64,000 bases of DNA. Source: a virus. Positions 29,501-40,000 of this stretch are shown here, one piece after another. Each line of letters starts with the position of its first letter. Within the stretch, counting starts at the first letter, position 1. Location of the stretch: the IMG/VR virus record IMGVR_UViG_3300030202_002773, positions 1 to 64,000 of that record, one strand, 5' to 3'. The notes below the pieces were generated by a model. That model was not told the DNA's origin. It did not search any database and saw only the letters and a program-made list of their open reading frames with translations. The position numbers and the translations under genes were made by a program.

Positions 29501-30324
29501 GTGAAGATGCTGATGATAATAATACTAAAAAAAGTAGACTGTTTGGATTTGACAATAAAACAGTTCCAGGGCTAGCTATAGCTTCAGGATTAGCTCAAAC
29601 AATTCCTGCTATATATGCAATGACACACAATCAACCAACTCCTGATCAAGTTCCATTTGCATCTGGAGTTACAAGTCCTGTAGTACCAGGAAGATTAAGA
29701 GCTGAAAAATTAAGTCATGTTAATATGAATCTTGAAAGATCAATGAATGACGCACGACTTAGAGAAATGAATCAGTTTATAGATACTTCTGGAGGAGGCC
29801 CTGCTAATTTAATAAATAGAATGGCAGCCTGGGGTAAAAAACATCAAGGAGATATGGAAATTGCAAAAGCAGAAAAAGAAGCTAATATAAATATATCAAA
29901 TCAAAATGCAATGATGCAGAATCAAACAAATCTTCATAATATAAGAAATGAGCAAGAAGCAGCTTTAGGTAATATGCAAATGCAAGCGTCTGAAGCACAA
30001 AGACTTAACGAAGTAATGGCTATTAATACTGCAGCTAAAAATAAGATTAAAGATGATGAAGAATATATGAAATATGCAGGAATTATATCTGCATCACAAG
30101 GAGTAGGTAGTATATTTGGAGACATGTTAGATTATCAAGGAGATATGTACAGAGCTGAAGGTTACGATATAGAGGGTACTACACAACGTATGTTATTAAG
30201 AAGACATTTAGGTAAAAATCTTAAAGATCCAAATACTGGAGCTTCATTTTGTGAAGGATGTACACAAGAAGATATAGCTAAATATTATAATACTTTTTAT
30301 CCAAAACAACAATCAATTATATAA
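26515..30324 (+). CDS. multidomain cargo protein: beta-rich N-terminus, T4-type lysozyme domain, crAss H-xx-GG/EVE domain, MORN-like repeats
   Basis: LKEAE...YND.RGNATIGYGRH...LLED...WDNLS...TYNPG (GH24-like); GQTHDQGGI...EVEDGET; CQSGNCQDGTG...YEGEFKDGKPVGQGKFTW. Confidence 0.7.
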   Translation: MYKKYQKAGPNDPSTSTPTNLAPDPTIGNQMGVGMEVECDTSTGAGCSDRLGRMFRLGLKGSLYGQKGAYGQPTNLGPGWDPASGQQVNNRIGTNYDYDITGNLGAYLRTDLQPLLFPNDATKLRGKNWEPWHLDLGYNRKQNLTGTNMGTGSNNITAKLAKTRDQKYGSPGYGGLFGNKGGSSKSGYSYGLQGNYNYDTKQLDNIGVFGRTGMMGPLGFSGYAGFNPQTGKPNFGAGMSVKFKKGGFRKYQNGGQNKISEKQYFANYLKEAEATDAVMKTTPSLVLRPDGKTYYNALENGIYYPYNDLRGNATIGYGRHNATILADYPDGISADKANEFLLEDIDNNFNLAKRQFNNEYGAGQWDNLSEREQYMVTNHTYNPGSIYKKFSGALLNKDAKTAGEEYKIYTYTNKGKENETKQELGRNKLFYDAYIKDYVNSINNAETQAPPVPQDTEGKLYISGNFYNSLEDYQKVVRELQDNPNYQNVVDQQTGGIKKQMGGSTMSNPSMYARMQQLPGGVMQQIPGSDAVEFIGQTHDQGGILMDAQTEVEDGETMDKVIMKKGGEKDYFFSSYLKEGGQSYADMHKEILSRGGNQEEINYLASMQEKAAKRNPNKIAKLGGVMMYAEGGAKDDISKKEKKEFQKEKYKYYNGPLSFRKWNKQNPFNIEEYMEYMNPVEEITEEAPVETIGLRQDLPGAYGYRADAGDGYTICQSGNCQDGTGVMYTYYKENPDELGGGTDGTVIGMYEGEFKDGKPVGQGKFTWNDIDQSLEDGVPFVAWQYSSEGQFAVDNTGHPELQNGVKDWGDLGVSSGIFTDGKLTSGMLVKGGETTNYEDGETTKKFSKELKTNLTDLGILEKVPFKYSQGDIGTEYKEMKNAKGYTQPTKDELNAFGYNSFDEFRADYERLVDDSYDWKNITHWGKQHEDALGEIQNAIENNSFTTTGTFIPKVKKDLKLDESKTIIGDYINTDGTIRPKCPCEPMLFADQPECDCEDADDNNTKKSRLFGFDNKTVPGLAIASGLAQTIPAIYAMTHNQPTPDQVPFASGVTSPVVPGRLRAEKLSHVNMNLERSMNDARLREMNQFIDTSGGGPANLINRMAAWGKKHQGDMEIAKAEKEANINISNQNAMMQNQTNLHNIRNEQEAALGNMQMQASEAQRLNEVMAINTAAKNKIKDDEEYMKYAGIISASQGVGSIFGDMLDYQGDMYRAEGYDIEGTTQRMLLRRHLGKNLKDPNTGASFCEGCTQEDIAKYYNTFYPKQQSII

Positions 30325-30327
30325 AAC

Positions 30328-33102
30328 ATGGCAAGAATAAATATACCAAAACCAATAAGTACATATAGAGATTTAGGAACAGTTGAATTAGCTAAATTAG
30401 CTAGAAATCAATATATAGAAGGATATTCTGCAGCTGATGAATTTTCAAACTCTGTACATAATATGCAATCTTTATCAAAAGATGATCATTTAAAAAATAA
30501 ACTTTCTACTGAATATACACAAATGTTAGAAGGATGGTCTGACCGTGGAGATTACGAAACTTTAGGAATAGCTATAAATAAAGGAGCTAATCAATTTGTT
30601 AGAGATTATTCGCCTATAGAACAAAGTGTTAAAAGTAGAACTGAATATCAGGAAAGATTACAAAAAGCATATGAAGATGGTAATATTAATTCAAGAACTT
30701 TAAGGGATAGATTAGCTCAATCAGATTATATGTATCAAGGTATTCAATATGGAGAAGATGGATCTTTAGATCAGCAGTCTGTTTATAGTGGTAAACAATT
30801 TTATAATGATGTAGATATTACAGAAAAAGTAATAGAGAGAATGAAAAGTATTAAGCCTTTTATTCGTGAAAATTTAGGTACTGAAGTTCCATATAATGAA
30901 AATATGGAAATTACTACTACTCAAGGATTACGAGGAGAACCTAAATATTGGGTTACAACTAAAGGTAAAACATCACAAATTCCTGATAATATAATTCAAA
31001 TGGTTGTTAATGATGTAATGTCAGATCCTGATGTTTCTGCTTCTTTAGCGCAACAGGTAGAATTAGATACATATCAACTTGGAGAAACAGATCCAACTAC
31101 TGGAAATTCTCGTGCATTAGATTATATTACTAAATTAATAAATAAAGGAGATGTTAAACAAGAAGAAATAGCTCCTATAGTAGAACAGATGGGACCTCTA
31201 GTTGCTTTACAAAATTTATTATATCAAGATGCTGTTAATAGAGAAACACAATTAGCATTAGGATCTTATGGTGGAGTTAGACAGCAGTCACATGGACAAA
31301 CAATTGAAATAGATGATCTTTATAAATTAAACTATAAAGCTAAAATAGATAAAGCTAAAAAAATAACAACAAGTGCAGATGATGAATTATCTTATAGTGC
31401 AACTGTTAGTACAAAAGCATTAACTACTACTTTTGAAGAAGGTGAAGAAATGTTAGAAACTGAAATAAAAAGTATGAAATCTAACTTATCTAAAGTTTCA
31501 CAGCATTTAAATGTAAATCCAGATAATATTCAGTATGATGATCAAGGTAATGAAATTCCAAGTAAAGGAGAAGGTTTAGCTGTAGGTGATATGGATCCAA
31601 GACAAATTTATGAAAGTGCAAATCAGTTAGTAGATGCGTGGAGAACTGCTTCTGCAAAAGCTAATATTATACCGTTAGATTATATGGGGTGGAGAAATTC
31701 AGGAAAAATACCTCCACAAGGAAAAGAAGAAGGTCAAGATGAATATTTAGCACGTTTAGATGAAGCATACAATGGATATGTAAATAATCTTAAGACTCAA
31801 TCACAAGCAGGACTTACATATTTACAAAATACTGCAGCAATTAATGATTTAGATGTAGGTCAATTTAACAGTCTTATGGAAGTACTTTCTAGTAATACTA
31901 CTACGTATGATGTAATTGATTCTAAACTGTATGGTAATATTGATGGTCTTAGTGTTCCTAATACTGAAGGATATGGTAATAATTTAAGTGTAGCTGAATT
32001 TAAAGATATTAGAGGTAATCAATTATTAGGAGCAGAAATGGGACATGAGAATTCTGACTTAAAAATTTCAGGTCAAGACATTGTAGATGCATATAATTAT
32101 ATGGCTGCAAATGATATGTTAAAATTAGAAATGGAGGGTGAAAGAGATTTACCTAAATCAATATCTCATTTAGGAGAATTACCTGAAATGTTCTATGCAG
32201 GAAACATTTTTGAATCTTTTGCATTTGCCGGTAATTCAAATGAAAATATTCATGGTTTAATTGGGGCCTTAGCTGAAATTAAACGAGGTCAAGGATACAA
32301 AGTTGCGGGAACTTACCAAAGAGGTACGGGAGAATATACATGGGCAGGAGTAGATAATGGGTATAGATTTGATGAAGGTAACCAGCAATATTCATTTAAT
32401 TTAGGAATACAAGAATTTATTAATCAATTAAATGATGATACTAAGTTAACTAAAAATAAATTTAAAGAGCAGTATGCAAATTCAGAAGATGTTATGTTAG
32501 AGTCTTTTGTTATTACTAATTTTGGATCTAATTATGAAACATCTAGTATAGCTAAAAATGAGTTAGTAGATTTCTTTAAAGGTAATGCAATACCTCCTAA
32601 CTTCTCAATAAGAGAAGCGCAAGGTCAAAGTCCTAATTTAGAATTTGAAGGAGGATTTATAAATTCTGAAAATGGCGAAAGTAATCATTTTGGATATAAT
32701 GTAGAATATAATATTTTAGAAGATCAAATGGGTGTTTTAAATGTACAATTAGGAGATGATGGAGTTAATGTGTATGTACCTATTAAAATTACAAACTCTC
32801 CACCATCAAACAGTAATGCTACTGACCATAAAGGTAAAGTATTTAATATGTTAATTCCAACTAAAAACTTTAATCTTCCAGCTTTAAGTCAATATGTTAA
32901 TAGTGCAGAAATGGAAATTAATACTTTATGGAATATGGGTGTAGCTAATAGAAATACTACATGGAGTCCTAAAAGATATTCAAATGTAACATTTAATTAT
33001 AATAATGAAACTGTTGTTATTAATGGAGAAGAACACAGTAAACAAAAAGGATTATCAATTTTAGTACAAAATGAGCTTAATAGAAGAAATATTAAACAAT
33101 AG
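30328..33102 (+). CDS. ejected cargo protein, function unknown
   Basis: 924 aa, helical, no Cys, within the cargo cluster. Confidence 0.55.
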   Translation: MARINIPKPISTYRDLGTVELAKLARNQYIEGYSAADEFSNSVHNMQSLSKDDHLKNKLSTEYTQMLEGWSDRGDYETLGIAINKGANQFVRDYSPIEQSVKSRTEYQERLQKAYEDGNINSRTLRDRLAQSDYMYQGIQYGEDGSLDQQSVYSGKQFYNDVDITEKVIERMKSIKPFIRENLGTEVPYNENMEITTTQGLRGEPKYWVTTKGKTSQIPDNIIQMVVNDVMSDPDVSASLAQQVELDTYQLGETDPTTGNSRALDYITKLINKGDVKQEEIAPIVEQMGPLVALQNLLYQDAVNRETQLALGSYGGVRQQSHGQTIEIDDLYKLNYKAKIDKAKKITTSADDELSYSATVSTKALTTTFEEGEEMLETEIKSMKSNLSKVSQHLNVNPDNIQYDDQGNEIPSKGEGLAVGDMDPRQIYESANQLVDAWRTASAKANIIPLDYMGWRNSGKIPPQGKEEGQDEYLARLDEAYNGYVNNLKTQSQAGLTYLQNTAAINDLDVGQFNSLMEVLSSNTTTYDVIDSKLYGNIDGLSVPNTEGYGNNLSVAEFKDIRGNQLLGAEMGHENSDLKISGQDIVDAYNYMAANDMLKLEMEGERDLPKSISHLGELPEMFYAGNIFESFAFAGNSNENIHGLIGALAEIKRGQGYKVAGTYQRGTGEYTWAGVDNGYRFDEGNQQYSFNLGIQEFINQLNDDTKLTKNKFKEQYANSEDVMLESFVITNFGSNYETSSIAKNELVDFFKGNAIPPNFSIREAQGQSPNLEFEGGFINSENGESNHFGYNVEYNILEDQMGVLNVQLGDDGVNVYVPIKITNSPPSNSNATDHKGKVFNMLIPTKNFNLPALSQYVNSAEMEINTLWNMGVANRNTTWSPKRYSNVTFNYNNETVVINGEEHSKQKGLSILVQNELNRRNIKQ

Positions 33103-33107
33103 CCAAT

Positions 33108-36100
33108 ATGCCAATAGAAATAGATCCAAATATACAGTTTCCTACTACAAAGGTTCCTAGAAATAAAACAAATGATCCTAAATGGGTAGATCCTAATACT
33201 CCACTTGTATATGGTCCAAAGAGTGGAAGAATAACTTCTCCTGCAATACACAGTCATAGAGACTTATCATGGAAATTATGGGATCCAAATTCTGGAGAAT
33301 ATGAAAACGTTTCAAAGTATAGTAAATATGGAGTTATGTTTAGTGCTTATGGGCCTTCTTGGCAAGAACAAAGAGCAAGAGGACAAAGCACTGGAGAAAA
33401 ATGGAATCACGGACTTAAAAAAGCAGCTGTAACTACTGGAGGAGCTATTGTAGAAAATACTTTAGGTGTTATAGCTGGGGTAGGAGAATTACTAAGTGGT
33501 GGTCAATATCATGATAATTCTATTGGGCATATGGTAGATGGGTGGAATGATTGGGCTAGAAAAGAAATGCCTAATTATTATACTGAAAAAGAAAAAAATA
33601 TGGGACTTTATGGTAGAATGGGAACTGCTAATTTTTGGGCTGATAAAGTTGCTAATGGTGCAGGATATACTATAGGGTCATTAGCTACTATGTACCTTAC
33701 AGGAGGATATGGTCTTATAGGTTTAAGTTCTAAAGCATTAAACATGAGTAGTAAAGCTGCTAATATAACAAAAGCACAAAAAATATATAAACTATATAAA
33801 TCAGCTCAAGGTACTAAAAGAGGAGAGAAATTATTATCAATGTATAGTAAAATGAATACAGGACAAAAGTTTAGAAATGGACTTTTAACATTAGAAGCTG
33901 GAGCAATGATGTCTTTAGCAGAATCTTCTGTAGAAGCTAGAGAAACTCAAAAAAATATAAAATCTCAATTATTAGAAGAAGCAAAAGAAAAATATCCTAA
34001 TGGAGTACCTGAAAATGTGTTAGCAGAAATTGAATCTTTATCTCAATCGGCAGGTAATAGTTCTTTTGTAGGAAATATGACTATTTTATCTTTATCTAAT
34101 ATAGCTATGTTTAATAGATTTTTAGCTGGAGGAGTTACAAAACAAAGTTTAAAGAGTGGGGTTACAGGTGGAGGATTAACAAAAACTGGAACTAAAACTG
34201 TCGTAGATAAAGGATCTTCATCTTTTTTTGGAAGAGCTAGAAAATGGACAAAACCTTTAAGAAGAGGTGCACTTATAGAAAGTCTTCAAGAAGGAGGTCA
34301 ATACGCAACAAACATAGCTTCTACAGAATACTATTCATCTAGATTTGACAATAAAGGAGGTATAACTATGATGCAAGCTCTTAATGAAGGAGTATCTAGA
34401 ACATTTGGAGAAACAGAAGGATTAGAGTCAATGATGATAGGAGCTATAATTGGGGGAGTTTCAGGAGGTGTAACTGGAACAATAGGTCCAATAAAACAAA
34501 GAAATAAATTAGCAAAAAAAGTACAAGAAATTATTAATGATGATGCTTTTATGAATATTGTTGATAGAAGTCAAGCTAATGCACGTACTTCACATTTTTT
34601 AGACAAAGCTGATAAATATAGAGCTGAAGGGAAAGATAAGTTAGCAGATCAAGCTATGACTCAAGCTTTTATAAGTGAAATATCTACTTTAGATAATGCA
34701 GGAACATTAGAATTTTTTACAGAAAGATTAGAAGATTTTAAATCTCTTTCTGATACAGAATTTAAAAAATTATTTGGTATAGCTGAAGATACACAAATAG
34801 ATAAAAATCAAGTTATTGATAATATGATAGAAGAAACTGAAAGCATAGTTAAAAGAAAAGATGCTTTAGATTTAATGTTTCCAGCTGAAAAAACAAGAGG
34901 TTTACCAAGACGTATGATGAGTGAAGAAGCTAAGGCTGAAGAAGACCAAAGAATTAAAGAAACAATGATTTTAAAAGATCATCTATTGCAAAATGCAGTA
35001 TTTTTAGATCAAGTAGAAAATCAAAAAAGAGATAAAGCAAGAGAGATAGATGAATTATATCCAGGCATAACATTAAGTACTTTAGAAGAGCAAGCAGATT
35101 TAGCTACAGAAGAATATGATTTATTAGTTGAACAGTATATTAGAAAAGCAGGGGCAGCTGAAGAAGTAGATGAAAGTGGTACTCCTATAACAAATGAAAG
35201 TCAAATTCCTGAAGCAGATTTATTAGCTATGCATCAACAAGCTTTTGGTAATTTTGTTACTAGTGTAGCAGAATCTGTTAAAAATATTAATTTAAATCAC
35301 CCTTTAGATAAACAAGCTTTAATGGGTAGTCTTCAAGAATACTATGGAATACATCGTAGTTTACAAGGTCTTATGGAGTCTTTTAATAGACTTCAAACTA
35401 ATGAAGGTAAAAATAACTATATAAGAGCAGCTTTAATAGATGGAAAACAAAGTATAAAAGATGCTGGTAATAGAAGAGCTGATGAAATTTTAAATAATGA
35501 ATCTGATCCTGACAATGCTATGGATAATATTCCTCCTAATGCTAGTAAAGCAAAAAAAGCTGAAATAGAAGAGGAAGTTAAAAGAATGAAAAAAGAAGAG
35601 CTAGCATTGTTAAATAAGTATGGAGATCCTGGAGTTTCTGTAGAAACTATAGATAAAGAAATTGAAAGACTTAAAAAAAATCTACAAGATATTAAAGATA
35701 ATCCTAAAGCTGCTAAAGATTTAAATTTTAAAATTAAAGTTTTAGAAACTGTTAAAACTGTAAAACTTAGTCCTGAAACTTCTATAGCTGAAAAAGACGC
35801 TAAGTCTGAAGTTGCTACTGAAGAAGAAGTTACCGAAGAAAATAAAGTTGAGCAGACAGGAAGAGGAAGAAGACAAATTGATAGAATAAAAAAGAAATAT
35901 GAAAGTGCAAAACAGCCTCAAGAAAAATTAGGTTTAATACAAGATTTTATTAATAATGTATATCAAGGTGCTGAGGCTACTCAAGAAGAAATAGATTTCT
36001 TTAATAATGAAATAGAAGCTCTTAAAAAAGAAGGGTTTGAACTACAAATGGAGACACAACCTGGGAATAGATGGAATGAAGGTATGAATGTAGAAGTTAT

Positions 36101-37082
36101 ATGGCGTCTAGATGATACTTTACCAGAAGGTGTTACAGTAATAGATAGAGTAGATGAGCCTGGCATTATGAAAGATGGGCAATTACAAAGAAGAGCAAAA
36201 ATAACAGTAAAACGAGGAGAGAAAAAAGGAACTGAAAGACCTGCTTTAGTTGAAGCTAGAAATAAAGCTGAAGCTATACCAGGGACAGGGAAAAAGAAAC
36301 TAGATACAATAAAAAAAGCTAGTCAAGCTCTTAGTGACTTTGATAATCAATTTACTAATCCTTTTAATCTTGCTGATTTAGCAAGTGAAGAATCAATAGT
36401 TTCTACTGAAACTGAAGTTGCTCCTATAGATCAAAGAGAGTATGAAATTCATTTAGAAGGTAATTGGGGTGAATTAAAACCTGGTTGGGGAGTATGGGAA
36501 GAGTTATCTATAGATGGAATAAAAATAGGAGATCAACGATTTACAGAACAAAAAGATATTTCATTTCTAGAAACAGAAAATAAAGATTACAGAATATTTA
36601 CAATTACAGATAGAACATCTAGAGATACTTCAGGTAGAAGTGGAGGTGTTAGTGTGTCTATGGTGTTTCCTAAAGATACGTCAAGAACTTTAGCCGATGT
36701 TAAAGAAAATTTATTAACTTTGAACGCTGAAATACAAGGAACTAGAGATCGTATACATTTTGACAGCAAAGCAATACAGGCTATTCAAAGAATGGATATG
36801 AAAGAAATAGCTACTCCTACTGTGAATGAAGAAATAGTTATAGAAGATAACACTTCTAAAGAAGAAATAATTATAAAAGAGGAATTAAGTGCGGTAGAAG
36901 AAGATAGATTAAAAAACGAGCTAGAAACAGATGTACAAACAGATATATCAACTGAAATGGCTGAAGTAGATCAAATACCTATTACAGAAATGAATGGTTA
37001 CTATCAAGATCTTTTAGTTGAAGAAGAAGAGCTTCGTAAAAGGTTAGAAGAAGAAGATGATAATTGTAAAACTAAAAAATAA
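33108..37082 (+). CDS. large cargo protein 1 of the virion RNAP cluster (hydrophobic N-terminal segments; GrpE-like insertion)
   Basis: RA.GQS..EKW..GL.K...NFW...A.GAG..GS...ESSVEARE..., IGAIIGGVSGG; acidic C-terminal coil; single Cys at -5. Confidence 0.7.
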   Translation: MPIEIDPNIQFPTTKVPRNKTNDPKWVDPNTPLVYGPKSGRITSPAIHSHRDLSWKLWDPNSGEYENVSKYSKYGVMFSAYGPSWQEQRARGQSTGEKWNHGLKKAAVTTGGAIVENTLGVIAGVGELLSGGQYHDNSIGHMVDGWNDWARKEMPNYYTEKEKNMGLYGRMGTANFWADKVANGAGYTIGSLATMYLTGGYGLIGLSSKALNMSSKAANITKAQKIYKLYKSAQGTKRGEKLLSMYSKMNTGQKFRNGLLTLEAGAMMSLAESSVEARETQKNIKSQLLEEAKEKYPNGVPENVLAEIESLSQSAGNSSFVGNMTILSLSNIAMFNRFLAGGVTKQSLKSGVTGGGLTKTGTKTVVDKGSSSFFGRARKWTKPLRRGALIESLQEGGQYATNIASTEYYSSRFDNKGGITMMQALNEGVSRTFGETEGLESMMIGAIIGGVSGGVTGTIGPIKQRNKLAKKVQEIINDDAFMNIVDRSQANARTSHFLDKADKYRAEGKDKLADQAMTQAFISEISTLDNAGTLEFFTERLEDFKSLSDTEFKKLFGIAEDTQIDKNQVIDNMIEETESIVKRKDALDLMFPAEKTRGLPRRMMSEEAKAEEDQRIKETMILKDHLLQNAVFLDQVENQKRDKAREIDELYPGITLSTLEEQADLATEEYDLLVEQYIRKAGAAEEVDESGTPITNESQIPEADLLAMHQQAFGNFVTSVAESVKNINLNHPLDKQALMGSLQEYYGIHRSLQGLMESFNRLQTNEGKNNYIRAALIDGKQSIKDAGNRRADEILNNESDPDNAMDNIPPNASKAKKAEIEEEVKRMKKEELALLNKYGDPGVSVETIDKEIERLKKNLQDIKDNPKAAKDLNFKIKVLETVKTVKLSPETSIAEKDAKSEVATEEEVTEENKVEQTGRGRRQIDRIKKKYESAKQPQEKLGLIQDFINNVYQGAEATQEEIDFFNNEIEALKKEGFELQMETQPGNRWNEGMNVEVIWRLDDTLPEGVTVIDRVDEPGIMKDGQLQRRAKITVKRGEKKGTERPALVEARNKAEAIPGTGKKKLDTIKKASQALSDFDNQFTNPFNLADLASEESIVSTETEVAPIDQREYEIHLEGNWGELKPGWGVWEELSIDGIKIGDQRFTEQKDISFLETENKDYRIFTITDRTSRDTSGRSGGVSVSMVFPKDTSRTLADVKENLLTLNAEIQGTRDRIHFDSKAIQAIQRMDMKEIATPTVNEEIVIEDNTSKEEIIIKEELSAVEEDRLKNELETDVQTDISTEMAEVDQIPITEMNGYYQDLLVEEEELRKRLEEEDDNCKTKK

Positions 37083-40000
37083 ATGGGCTGTAATGAAAAT
37101 AAAATAGGCAGTATAGAAGCTAGACTAGCTAAAATTGCTAGAATGAAAGCAGCTTTAGAAGAGCGTTTGCAAGAACAAACTCAAAAAGATAGTAGTACTA
37201 TTACAATTGCTAATGCTAAATTTGATAATGAAATTCAAAATGTTGAGGGAACAATAAGGCGTAATGTAACTATAAAAAATGAGGAAATTGTACCTGTAAA
37301 ACGAAATCCTAATACTATAAATAATCTTCCAGATGAAGTAGATAATTCTAGATTAAATAGTCAACAAATTTTACCTGGAGATTTTGTAGATGTTGCGTTA
37401 ATAGAAAATGACTATTGGGCAAACATTAAAAATGAAGTAGCAGAACCATGGATGGAAGCTCCTTTATATATTATAGACAAAGAAGGTAATAAATTAGATT
37501 TACTTGAAGCTTATAAAGAACATAATTTAAATACACACGCAAGAAAAGCAATATACGAAGCTTTACAAGAAGATAAAAAAGTTGAATTAAAAGTAGAATC
37601 TAAAATACCTAATTTTAATAATATTAGAATTGGGGGTATGCCAGTATTTTTTGATATTTCAGAACAGTTAAAAATGCATACTTTTAGAGATACTGATGGT
37701 AATTTTGTTACTGCTGTTAATGAAAATACAAAACCTATATTACTTGTTGCTACTGGTATAGGAAAAAATCCAAAATGGAATACTGGAGACTTAAGTTACT
37801 TAGAAACAAAAATACAAGAAGCTATTTATGGAGATTTAGGAGAACCTAAAAGATTACCTAAATCAGAACACATGGGTAATGTATTTGCTTTAAGTCTTAC
37901 TCCAGAAGGTAAATACTCATACGTTAAATTAAGTACAAGAAGTTTATCTAATAAAGCATATGAATATGTTTTAAATGAGTTAAAAAATAATAGAAGTGAA
38001 AATATTAATCAAATTGTAGGTAATAATACATTAAAAGAAGTTTCTCATAAAGATCCTAATTTTTTATCTATTGAAACTATAAATATTGAAGAAAATAAAG
38101 ATCTTACATTTATTAATTTTTATAGTCCTAAACATGATAAAGCTATAAGAATAACTTCTGAAGAATTTAATAAAGGTCTTAACAAAGAAGTATTTAGTTT
38201 TAATACTGGTAAATTTATTATAACTAATCCAGAAAAACTAGTACCAGATTTTAAATGGCAGACATCTAAAACTATAAAAGTATCTAAATCTGATAATGTT
38301 AATCCAGTAATAAATGAATTTTTAGAAGTTCTTAAAAATAAAAAGCATCAAATAGATATAGATTTATTAACTAGTACAGAAAATTTTTCTATTCCTGGAT
38401 TTACTAAACCTTCAGGATATAATTCATATCAAGAATATCTTTTTGATGAAAATGCGCACGGAGATCCGTATGCTTATAATATACCTGTTAAAAATAATAA
38501 AGCAATTTTAAATACAGATATAAAAAATATAGAAGGTTCTATTTATTACAATACTCATGTAGTATTTAATGATGTACTAATAGATGGAAAATCGATATTA
38601 AGTGATCCTACATTAATGCCAGAAGGAGGACTAAATCCTGCTATAGCTCCTAAATTAACAGGAGCCCCAAAAGGTCAATCTGTAGGTCCTAAATTAAATA
38701 AAGGTCCTAAATTAGGTCCTTCTGAATTAGAAGATTTATCTGCTTTTAGTGTTACTGTAGGGAATAAAAAAGCACCACCATTAAATCCTGAAAGAGCAAA
38801 AGCATGGTTAGAAGAAAGATTTGGAAAAGGGTCTACTACAATATTACAAGGAGTTAATAAAATAGGTAATATAACTAGGCATGGATATTTTGAGAATATG
38901 GCTTTTTATTTATATCAAAATGCTAGAATAGGTGTAGAATATCATGAAGGATATCATGGAATGTTTAGAATGTGGCTTACTGACAAGCAAAGAGAAGCTT
39001 TATATAATGAAGCTAGAAAAAAATATGGTATACCTACAGATAAAGAAATAAAAGAATTAAATGATACTAGAGAAAAATTTGGACTAGGAAGATTACCTAT
39101 AAAAGAAGCTGAAGAATTAGTTTTAGAAGAAAAAATGGCTGAAGATTTTAGAGAATACATGCTTACTGATGGAAACTCTTCCCCAGGAGGTAAAATAGCT
39201 AAATTTTTTAAAAGTATATGGAATTTTATTAAATCTATGTTTACTGATAGTATGAGTATTAGACAGTCTTATGAAATGCTTGAGTCTAATGTAGTTCCTG
39301 TAACATTTAAAAGGAATATTCAAAGATTTTCAGGGGATACAGCTAATTCTATAGAAGGATATACAGATAAAAATATAAAAGAAGTACTAGATTATTTAAC
39401 AGCTAGATATAGAAAAACTATAAATGATTATCAAGCAAAAGGTAAAAAAGTTCCTTATAAAAGTTTAAACACTAGAATAAAAAATTCTGTATTAAGAGAA
39501 GCTTTTTCTACTACGGAAGGTTTACCTATAGAAGGACCTCAAGATTTAGAAGTATTGAGACAATGGTATGATTCAAGATTTGACGGATTATTAAAAGATA
39601 ATAATATTGTTAAAGCTTCTCCTCAACCTATAATAGGAGAGCCAAAAACTCAAGGATATCCTGCACAAAATAATCATGATTATTTAATAAGTATTTATGA
39701 AAATTGGAACGATATAATTGATAATTCTAATACTGAAAATTTAAGACGTATAGGATTTGAAAATTTAATGCAAGATACACTAAGAGCAAGAGGTTTAAAT
39801 TTAAAATTAGGAGAAGTTATATTAGAAGAAATAGAAGAAGGCTCAGCCTATGAAAGAATATATTCTAGATCTAGAGTAGAAGAAGATATGAGAAGTAAAA
39901 TAGGATCTAAAGTAAAAGAATTCTTATCTACTATTCCTACAGGAGAAGCTTCATATTTAGGGTATGAAGTATATATGGAATTTGACAAAGTATATAAAGA

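Noticed and set aside
37080-37085. In-frame TAA-ATG between cargo protein 1 and the RNAP, read as readthrough or sequencing error
   Set aside because: The same -5/+3 Cys arrangement recurs at the next junction, which is out of frame, and TAA-ATG abutment also occurs at 9978/9979. A genuine gene boundary is the simpler reading.
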